From: Ginkgo biloba
Taxonomy: Eukaryota; Plantae; Ginkgophyta
DNA: 19,068 bases
Assembly: GCA_024626585.2 (NCBI GenBank)
Contig: JANKJI020000002.1
Coordinates: 172,286,162 to 172,305,229, forward strand
Reading direction: 5' to 3'
Positions 1 to 8,759 of the stretch are shown here, piece after piece (the stretch's first letter is position 1; each line of letters starts with the position of its first letter). A program made the translations under genes and the position numbers. A model generated the notes under the pieces. That model saw only the letters and a program-made list of their open reading frames with translations, had not been told where the DNA came from and made no database searches.

Positions 1-790
1 GATTGAACTTGGGTGTTGGCCTTTAATGGTGTCTTCATTAAGTACTCACCTATCGATGCTCCTCCTTCCCTTCATCGCAAGTTTCCTTTGACTATCATTA
101 GTTTTCTCATGCCTAAAGTTGGATTCTATATATTTCCCTCTAACCTTCCTTCCTTTTGTTAGCTACCACCTTATCCTCTGTCATATGTTAGTTGTCACCT
201 ATCACCTCTCCTTGTTGGTGTTCATCCTCTATCTTCCTNNNNNNNNNNNNNNNNNNNNNNNNNNNNNNNNNNNNNNNNNNNNNNNNNNNNNNNNNNNNNN
301 NNNNNNNNNNNNNNNNNNNNNNNNNNNNNCATCTTTATGTATCCTTTCCTCCGATGTCCCTATTCTTTATTTCTAGTATCATTCTTAGCACTCTCTCTAC
401 TATTATTATTAGTCTCTCTGAATTGTCTTATCCTCTTTATTTTTCATTGGGTGTCTTCCCAACTTCTTGTTAGTCGTCACTCAAATTATATTCCTCTCAC
501 AACCTTCCTTATTAGTACTCTCTCTTTTCCTTTCATCATATATTATTCACTACACTTGTTTCTAAGCTTCTTTATTACCCTTCATAACTCTACCACTCGA
601 NNNNNNNNNNNNNNNNNNNNNNNNNNNNNNNNNNNNNNNNNNNNNNTTTCTTCATGTCCTTCACCAACATCACTCTTCCTTCTTCCATCATCATTCTTTA
701 GTATTTTTCCATCACCACTCTTTGGCTTGTTCCTTCAAAATGACCTATCGGTCACTGACACACTATCACTACATCGATTGCCGGTCATTG
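1..790 (-). other. Purine-rich (minus strand) low-complexity segment, probably a decayed charged (K/E/D-rich) accessory ORF of a retroelement
   Basis: The plus strand is strongly C/T-rich. Minus-strand translation gives charged runs such as RKIEDEHQQGEVIGDN*HMTEDKVVANKRKEG* with stops. No recognisable domain. Confidence 0.3.
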
Positions 791-794
791 TTTG

Positions 795-1819
795 TCATTG
801 TTGGGGTCTATCAAAAGTTATGGGGATGTTCCTACATCACTAAATATGCCCATTTTATGTCCATAGTTTCNNNNNNNNNNNNNNNNNNNAGTATTCATGA
901 AACATATATATAGGTTGCATGGACTTCAAAATAATATTATTAATGGTAGAGACCTAAAATTCATCGGTAACTTTTAGAAGGAGTTATTCAAACTTTTTGG
1001 TACCACCTTAACTCTAAGTGTTGGTTGTCACCCTCAAACAAATAGAAAAATAGAGATTGTTAATAAATATCTAGAAGGGTACTTGATAAATTATGTTGCA
1101 TACCAACAAACATCATGGAAAAAATGATTGCATTTCATAAAAAATTAGTACAATACAACCAATCACACATCCATTAGAATGCCACCTTTTAAGGCCATGT
1201 ATGGTTATGACTTGCCTTTGTTATTAAATTAGACCATATAATACACCCTAGTACTAGTTTTTTATATTTTTCTTAAATAAATCCAATAAATATTGAAGCA
1301 ACTAAAAGAGAACCTTAAATTTCCCCAAGATATGGTGAAATCCCGATGGACCAGCACTAAAGTGAATGGGAATTTGTGGTAGGTGATTAGACTTTCTTGA
1401 TATTTTATCCCTAAAAATAGAAATATATCAAAGGGAAAGGGGTAGAAAAACTTAGTACTAGATACTATAGGCATTATAAAATATTGTAAAAAGTGGGACA
1501 GGTTTTATATACTCTTGAGCTATCAACCAAAACATGAATGCATCATACCTTTCATGTATCATGTTTGAAGAAGGTAGTGCAATAAAATACATGAAGATTT
1601 AAAATACTTTGCCACCTTTGGATTATGAGGGTCATGTTATTATGATTCCAGAATGCATTTTGGCCACTCAAGAGAAGAAAATAAGGAATAAATTATTGTT
1701 ATAATATCTCATTTAGTGGAAGGAATTTCCCCATAAGAGGCTATGTGGGAAGGCCCCAAAATACTAAAATGTACATCACTCCAATTACTTTGGAGAAAAT
1801 AAGTTCAAGGAGGGAGAAC
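795..1819 (+). mobile_element. Degenerate Ty3/gypsy chromovirus pol 3' end: integrase core, GPY/F region and chromodomain
   Basis: Hand translation across stops and frameshifts: GLSKVMG..TKYAHF; RLHGLQNNIINGRDLKFIGNF*KELFKLFGTTLTLSVGCHPQTNRKIEIVNKYLEGYL..YNTTNHTSIRMPPFKAMYG (from 912); LKQLKENL; KLSTRYYRHYKIL*KVGQVLYTLEL..MHHTFHVSCLKK; LPPLDYEGHVIMIPECILATQEKKIRNK..YLI*WKEFP..EAMWE. These match the known chromovirus motifs RLHG..IVSDRD, HPQTDGQTE, HPVFHVS.LK and YLVKW..EATWE. Confidence 0.92.
1807..1819 (+). promoter_or_regulatory. Polypurine tract of the chromovirus element
   Basis: AAGGAGGGAGAAC overlaps the end of pol and is followed directly by TATTATGA, read as a decayed TGTTATGA LTR start. 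Confidence 0.65.
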
Positions 1820-2494
1820 TATTATGATTCCTAGATATGAATAAATGTAGAATTCATGCCTAGTAATTACTTGGGATGATAATTTATTAACACTGAAAAA
1901 TCAGACCATTTGTTGTATACACTACTCACTGTCGGACAGTATACCATTCATCAAATTGTATACATCATTCACTTTCAACCATTCTACCATTTGTTGAAAT
2001 GTATACACCGTTCACTACCAACCAATCTATTGTTCACCAAATTGTATACACTATTCATTTTTTGCCAATCTATCATTTATCGAATTGTATATTTCATTCA
2101 TTATTGGTTATTCTACCATTCACTAAACTATATATGTCATTTGCTACTAGCTAGTATATCATTCATCAACACTGTTAACAGTGTTATTAGTAAGATTATT
2201 GCACAAATTTTGGTTGTAATTATTAGTTTAAAAATCAATTAGAGTTAGTTAGGAGATAATAGGAGTTAGTTTAGGAACCAGTTAGGAGTCAATTTGCTTC
2301 TATCAAATTCTATTATCCTAGAGAATAAAAAGGAAGTTTTTGTGTATGAAATTTTGTAAGAGTTTGGTTTATTGGCCAAAAGCAATTCCCATACTATTTT
2401 TGGATTATCTCAAGCCTTAGTTGGCATCCATACCTTCTTAAGAAAGTTATATTTATGTTATGTACTATCTTAATATCAATCAAAAGTCTATTTG
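1820..2494 (+). repeat. 3' LTR of the chromovirus element (right end lost in N gap)
   Basis: Position directly after the PPT; non-coding; internal tandem array; AT-rich TATA-like GAATAAAAAGGA near 2322. The terminal CA is not visible. Confidence 0.55.
1901..2170. repeat. Degenerate 43-bp tandem array, about 6 copies
   Basis: Units start exactly at 1943, 1986, 2029, 2072, 2115 and 2158 (e.g. ACCATTCATCAAATTGTATACATCATTCACTTTCAACCATTCT), with a partial unit at 1901-1942. Confidence 0.88.
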
Positions 2495-3121
2495 NNNNNN
2501 NNNNNNNNNNNNNNNNNNNNNNNNNNNNNNNNNNNNNNNNNNNNNNNNNNNNNNNNNNNNNNNNNNNNNNNNNNNNNNNNNNNNNNNNNNNNNNNNNNNN
2601 NNNNNNNNNNNNNNNNNNNNNNNNNNNNNNNNNNNNNNNNNNNNNNNNNNNNNNNNNNNNNNNNNNNNNNNNNNNNNNNNNNNNNNNNNNNNNNNNNNNN
2701 NNNNNNNNNNNNNNNNNNNNNNNNNNNNNNNNNNNNNNNNNNNNNNNNNNNNNNNNNNNNNNNNNNNNNNNNNNNNNNNNNNNNNNNNNNNNNNNNNNNN
2801 NNNNNNNNNNNNNNNNNNNNNNNNNNNNNNNNNNNNNNNNNNNNNNNNNNNNNNNNNNNNNNNNNNNNNNNNNNNNNNNNNNNNNNNNNNNNNNNNNNNN
2901 NNNNNNNNNNNNNNNNNNNNNNNNNNNNNNNNNNNNNNNNNNNNNNNNNNNNNNNNNNNNNNNNNNNNNNNNNNNNNNNNNNNNNNNNNNNNNNNNNNNN
3001 NNNNNNNNNNNNNNNNNNNNNNNNNNNNNNNNNNNNNNNNNNNNNNNNNNNNNNNNNNNNNNNNNNNNNNNNNNNNNNNNNNNNNNNNNNNNNNNNNNNN
3101 NNNNNNNNNNNNNNNNNNNNN

Positions 3122-3313
3122 ATAATAACTCTATATAGAATATAAAAAGTTTTCTATTTGATGTAATAATAGAGAAAAATGAGGTTAGCAGAGGAAAACA
3201 AGGAGGCAAACCTAGAAATCCTTCCTCACTTTATACCACTAAGTTTGTGTTATGATTTCACTTTATACCACTAAGTTTATGTTATGTGATCATAATAAAC
3301 AATCCCTCGTTTA
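3122..3313 (-). repeat. Putative PPT and start of the 3' LTR of the minus-strand gypsy element
   Basis: The minus strand reads AAACGAGGGAT and then TGTTTATTATG (LTR start at 3301), about 500 bp downstream of the pol stop. The rest runs into the N gap. Confidence 0.45.
3226..3286. repeat. Tandem duplication, 29-bp copies with 32-bp period
   Basis: TCACTTTATACCACTAAGTTTGTGTTATG at 3226-3254 and TCACTTTATACCACTAAGTTTATGTTATG at 3258-3286 (1 mismatch). Confidence 0.92.
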
Positions 3314-3490
3314 CGATTAGTATGACTATCATAGTTAAACCCAAGAGTTTGAGTTGGAAACAACCAATGTTCCTAACCGCCTTTGTTTATTATGTCCCAC
3401 AACAAACACAAAAAAGGTCATGTCCAAATGTTGATGAATCTCAACAACACTAGTTGTCAACTATTACATTAGTCGTTAAACCAACGTCAA

Positions 3491-3600
3491 TCATAAGATA
3501 TTATGTCCACTGTCAAAAGCAACAGTAGTCATAAGATATTATGTCAATTGTCACAAGCAATGATAGTCGTAAGATATTATGCTAGTTGTCAAAGCAAGGT
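3491..3600. repeat. 38-bp tandem repeat, about 3 copies, in the gypsy 3' UTR
   Basis: TCATAAGATATTATGTCCACTGTCAAAAGCAACAGTAG-like units start at 3491, 3529 and 3567. Confidence 0.9.
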
Positions 3601-3817
3601 TCATCGTACGATTGTTACATCAATTATTATAAAGAATGACAATTGCTACCATGTTTATGATCGTCTGGCCTCCAACAACGGTTGTAACATCCTCTAGTAA
3701 AGATAAATTATAAATGCATGGATTCCAAAGCATGCAACAATTCTATTCTTTTGATTGCATACGAATGGCCCACACTGCACAAAATTATTATTAGTACTTT
3801 TTGCTTTAACGCACCAC

Positions 3818-6380
3818 TTATTGGTGGTGGTAATGTTTCAAATAGTTATCGTTAACTAACTTTGGCAACAATTGATCATTTAATTGTTGTTAATTAAACT
3901 AACCAACTATAATTCAAAGGTGTGGCTATGATATGGTCCAAGCCAACACATTTTCAATTTTTGTNNNNNNNNNNNNNNNNNNNGAAACTTATTGTCATAT
4001 AAAAGAACCATCTCTTAATTTCTAAACTCTAGATGCTAGGTATGGAAATAATGTTAAGCCTTTCATCAACGTCTTTTTGCTATTATTTTCTAATGAGCCA
4101 ATGCTCAAGTTTCATTCGAGTTGAGTAAGTCATAAATTTGGACTTTATGAGACTCAACATCACCTACATGGCATTTAATAGCAATGCGCAAACTGGTAAT
4201 TCAAAATTCAAAAGGAATGATGGCTTCTTGTCTATACACCAATTAGAATGGGGTATACCCATGAGCTCATTTGTGCTCAATCTAGTCTGCACAGTGTAGA
4301 GTGAATTTTCTCAACCTAATCATTTCATTCAACATTACAATTTTTTGTTAATATATTTTTCAAGATTTTGTTCATATTTTCAACTTATCCTTTAACTCGT
4401 GGATAGTAGAGCATAGAATTGCAATATAGAATCATAAATTCGTAAGTGAGGTGTCTTATTTTAGCATTGAGAAATCATATGCCTTGATCGGTAATAATTC
4501 ATTTAGTATAAAAATCTTGATATGCATTATGCATTGTAGCGTCTTAATGGGTGTGCTTCAACCCCCTTTGTAACCATGTTAGTAGCCACATATCTAGAAC
4601 AAACTTGCATAAATTGTGTAGTTAGGTTGATTTGTCCCACAAAATCTAATCCGCATTTCTCAAAGGGACATTAGACGAAAATTAGGTGTAGGGGTTGGTC
4701 ATGATATTTCAAGGTTTGCCCACACATAAACATCAGTTTTTTTTTGCCCAATATTTGGTGTGTTTAAATAAATATTGCCACCATAATCCTACTACTAAAT
4801 CTCTTATGTAATTCTAGTGCTACCCACATAGCCCCTTATTGTACGTTCATGTGCCTCGTGCATAATGAAGGAACCTCACATTCAATATCACAATAATGCA
4901 ATATGTGATCAAACCCTGAACTACAAACTACTCCATTAATAAGTTGATATGGTTCAAACCTACATATGAGATTGTGTTGTTCGGTGCAATCTAGTCTTGA
5001 AGTCATAATCAAAATTATGAAAAAATCGACAATGTCTCTATACCAATCTTGAACTATTGTAAAATGAAATAGGGCAGCATCGGGAAAATCATCTAGAACC
5101 TAGTAGCTTCCTCACCCTTTCAATTCTAGACAATTGATTAAGTGTGTTATGTCATCCCTTTAACTTAATAATCATTATATTGAATTCCTAGAGCAATAAT
5201 AATGAACAGTTGATGTCCTTAGAGGATTCGTTTATTTACTAAGCAAAGCAATGCTTGGTGATCAACATAAAAGTTGAAGCAACTAGCTAAAATATAATGT
5301 TGAGTTTTTTCAGTGAACATACCATGCCAAGTCCTTCGCATCCGGTCATACTGTAGTTTCATTTTGTAGTTGACAATTTCTACTTGATAACTTAATGTGA
5401 TGATGAATGTTTTCGTCCCCATATTGAGCTAGAATGCTACCAATTGTGTTCGATGAGGCATCCATAAATTGTGAAATCTTTACTCCAATCTGGGTAATGT
5501 AAGATGGGCGTGTTGACCACTTTAGTTTTCAATGTGTCAAATATGAGTTAGTGCTCAAGCATCCATTTGAATGGTATGCCTTTCTTTAGTGAGTGTTCCA
5601 AAGCAACAAAGACTTGTGTGCAATTCGTTATATAAATCTTCAATAATAACTAGCCAATCCAAGAAAACTTTTTACTTAATGATCTTTGGTATCATAAATC
5701 CAAGAATAAGGGCAACTTTGGAAAAAAGAGTTAACAAGCCTTTCATTATGACAATGTGCCCTAACAAATTACCAAAGGGCACCATAAAATTACACTTCTC
5801 AACTCTTACGACAAACTTACAACATTTGACATATATTACCAAGATCACTAGTGAGAGAATACAAGATCCAATCATCCAAGAAAAAAATGATATTTTTCCC
5901 AATAAGCATTTTCAATATGTTAAATATTACCTCTCCAAATGTGGCTAGACCATTGGTTAAAACAAATGCCATTACTGAATATGCACAAATTCCCTATTCT
6001 ATGATAGATCTCTAAGAGTAATGCTAACCTAATTGTAACTATTAAATCCATCAATAAAGGAAAACACTTCATTACCAACAACTTTTTCCAACACATCTTT
6101 AGTGAAGCGCAGTAGATTGGGTTCTTCTTCTTGACTTTATTTAGTTCTTAATAACTGACACAAATGTGGCATTTTCCATTCTTCTTCCAAACAACAACAA
6201 TGAACTCACACATTCTCTAATATCCACTTTGTAAACATATCTCACTTTGGAAAATTTGTTAGATTCTTCTTTCACTTATTCTTTATAACAAGGATTGAAT
6301 TAGTAAGGCCATTCATGTTTAGGTTTAGCCCCTTCAACCAATTCAACATGATGTTAGCCTAACTCAGGCGAAATACCTTT
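3818..6380 (-). mobile_element. Degenerate non-chromovirus (Athila-like) Ty3/gypsy pol: RT - RNase H - integrase
   Basis: Minus-strand remnants lie in gypsy order. RT: KGISPELG*HHVELVEGAKP; KKNGKCHICV; VFSFIDGFNSYN; FLDDW (5868-5882); KCNFMVPFGNLLGHIV. RNase H: MDASSNTIGSILAQ and FYVDHQALLCLVNK. Integrase: HEAHE..GLWW, PFEKCGLDFVGQI (about 4629-4668), YYPRVKG*VENMNKILKNILTK, LVYRQEAIIPFE. C-terminus: VLLYDNKF..KLKMCWLGPY..VNDNYLKHY, stop at 3818-3820, no chromodomain. Many stops and frameshifts. Confidence 0.95.
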
Positions 6381-6490
6381 NNNNNNNNNNNNNNNNNNNN
6401 NNNNNNNNNNNNNNNNNNNNNNNNNNNNNNNNNNNNNNNNNNNNNNNNNNNNNNNNNNNNNNNNNNNNNNNNNNNNNNNNNNNNNNNNNN

Positions 6491-7600
6491 CAGCGTCTAT
6501 GTCGATATTAATCTTTTATGTTTTTAATTCTTTAAATTAATGGATTAACCATCTTTGACTAAAGTATAACCAAGGATATTATTGATTCATCTCTCATCAT
6601 AAGTCAGTGTCACGAATTCGATGAGGTAATAATTAGTCAATTTATGTTTGGGTACATCATCATCTACAAGGAGTTTGGGCTCTGATCTTTGCCCAACTTC
6701 AAATCTAGTATCTTAATTAGCCACCATGTTCTAACAATTTAGAGTTTGTGGTTGAAGTAGGATTGTGTTAACTAATCGCACATTTTTGTGGAAAAAAAAT
6801 TGAAAACATTAGGCTTTATATTAATCCAACTAGAACTCTTGATTACTTCTTAGTGCTTGTACCACTATCTACTGCTATTCTAAAAGGAGTAAACCTAATG
6901 TCAAGCCCATGTTCTCCACAATATACTATGCCCTTGCCAATGACATGTTTATGTGTCATAACATCTAGTTCATATGAGGGCAAAGTTGTTTTGTCAATAC
7001 CATTGAAACAAATATAAAAATAATGGCACATTTTAGGCCATTTTATAATTTTTTTAGTGTGAGCGATGTAGCAATTAAAGGGATGTCCTAATGTAAGAAG
7101 ACACATGGTCACGCATATCTACCTTTTCCATTGGTATGTGTCCATCCATATGTAAATGCGACCTTGAATGTACTATATGTGTTACACGAATCTAAACTAT
7201 CCCCAAATTTAGGAACTTTTCCAATAATATGAGTTCAAGTGTGGTTTTGGACTCCTGTGATCTCTATGTCTGCTTTAACAATCTCATTATCAATTGAACA
7301 TTTAGAGGTAGTTGAATCAAAATCACTTAAGCATCTCATCCTATTTATTTTCATCCTCACTATCTCAATTATTAGGGATTTCCTTCCATTTGTCGTCATA
7401 AACAATTATTTTGCCTCATAAGACCCTTGTAACCAATAAAGCATTCATTTGAATACAAAATTATGTACTACAATTTCCTCATTGATGTTTAGTTCTTCAA
7501 GATAGTCTTGTTCCATATTATATCGGTCATTTATGAACCAATACGTGGATTATGAGTGTGTGCCTATTATGGCTTTTGTGGCAATCCTAATGTTGGATGG
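6491..7600 (-). mobile_element. Probable highly decayed gag/protease region upstream of the RT
   Basis: Mostly positional (5' of RT, same decayed composition). Only a weak LLTLGHPF resemblance to the protease-distal LLGRPW motif; no catalytic D[ST]G confidently placed. Confidence 0.35.
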
Positions 7601-8117
7601 TGTGTCAAAGTTTATGATTCCCTGGTAATCTGAGTGACTGACTGCAGGTGAGTTTCTGCAGTGCTAGCGACAACTACTCCATCCGGCTCAGACTTTGCGA
7701 CCTCATCCTNNNNNNNNNNNNNNNNNNNNNNNNNNNNNNNNNNNNNNNNNNNNNNNNNNNNNNNNNNNNNNNNNNNNNNNNNNNNNNNNNNNNNNNNNNN
7801 NNNNNNNNNAGCAATTGCACCTTTTGAAATTTTGACATGATACATCTTTCCAAGGCATTGAGCTTTCACTATTGTTGATTTATCATGGACGGATTGATTT
7901 ATTTAACAAACTTTAATTCTTCAATTGCTCCTACTACTCCCTTTGTCCAATTCTAGGATCGGTAAGAGGTCCTATTGCTCCTTATGTGGCATTCAAAGAC
8001 ACTTGGCTATCCTGGTTGTTTAGCAGAAAACTACATTGCAACAACCAAGGTTCCAATGTCTTTGGCTAGTGTGCTAGGAGGTGGCATTTCCTCAATGAGT
8101 GTGACCCTTAAAGGCTC

Positions 8118-8145
8118 GATTCAACAACAACAAAATGTTTGCACA
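8118..8145 (-). promoter_or_regulatory. Possible decayed LTR end and primer-binding site (Athila-type)
   Basis: The minus strand reads ..GTGCAAACA|TTTTGTTGTTGTTGAATC, which could be a C>T/G>A-decayed form of ACA-TTTTGGCGCCGTTGCCGGGGA. Many mismatches. Confidence 0.3.
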
Positions 8146-8269
8146 TTATTGTCTAGATAACTAGAAAATCAAGGTCGCATTACTAATGAGTCTTATCACA
8201 CATTATTGCACTCATAAAATAGAGAAGTATCAAGTAATCACAAAGTCCAAACAAGTAGTGGGGATATGT

Positions 8270-8296
8270 TGGTATAATGGTCTCACCATTATACCA
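8270..8296. repeat. Perfect 12-bp inverted repeat with 3-nt loop
   Basis: TGGTATAATGGT-CTC-ACCATTATACCA. Confidence 0.92.
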
Positions 8297-8410
8297 TCCT
8301 CAACAAAGGTCACCCTTTGTCGTAAGACTGATTCTTCTCCATTAATATAATGGTGTATTTTCATTAGTAACCATCAAAAGTTGGTGCTAATCAACATTTG
8401 TTTGGGCTTT

Positions 8411-8567
8411 GTGACCAATGCACTTGGTTCTGCGGCCAATGTACAATGTGCTACAACTAGCATCCCATACTGTCACAACCGATGAAAAATGGGTTGCAAC
8501 TAATGTACAATGTGATACAACTAGAAGCCTGTAGGGTGACAACTAATGAAAAATGTTTTGCAATTGA
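8411..8567. repeat. Higher-order tandem repeat: about 21-22-bp monomers organised as a 64-bp duplicated trimer
   Basis: AATGTACAATGTG(C/A)TACAACTAG...ATGAAAAATG..TTGCAA at 8438 and 8502; monomers begin GTGACCAATG, GCGGCCAATG, ACAACTAG, ACAACCGATG, GCAACTAATG. Confidence 0.8.
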
Positions 8568-8759
8568 CTGAACTCTATTACAACAGATTAATACTTCTGC
8601 AATCAATCATACGCTTGCCTATGACAAACCATGTATTTGTCACAACTACCCTTCTACTATTGCAACAGACTATCCTTCTGTTTATTTGCACAAAACACCA
8701 AGCATACAGATGGAGGCCAAGGATCTGAATAAGATGATCTTTTGTCACTTCGAAAAGGC

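Noticed and set aside
337-843. 168-aa hydrophobic ORF resembling a membrane protein
   Set aside because: A by-product of C/T-rich low-complexity sequence; it spans a gap and ends in integrase remnant.
1943-2170. CRISPR-like regular spacing (also 3491-3600)
   Set aside because: Whole units are homologous with no unique spacers, there are no cas genes, and the context is eukaryotic TE DNA.
2394-3209. Long ORFs of 217-299 aa in the ORF track (also 11227-12161; shorter ones at 9687-10118)
   Set aside because: They are almost entirely X from N gaps.
5571-5948. 125-aa plus-strand ORF
   Set aside because: Antisense shadow of the decayed RT.
3122-8400. A single full-length gypsy element with paired LTRs
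   Set aside because: The visible candidate LTR sequences do not align, no TSD is visible, and a 100-N gap lies between them.
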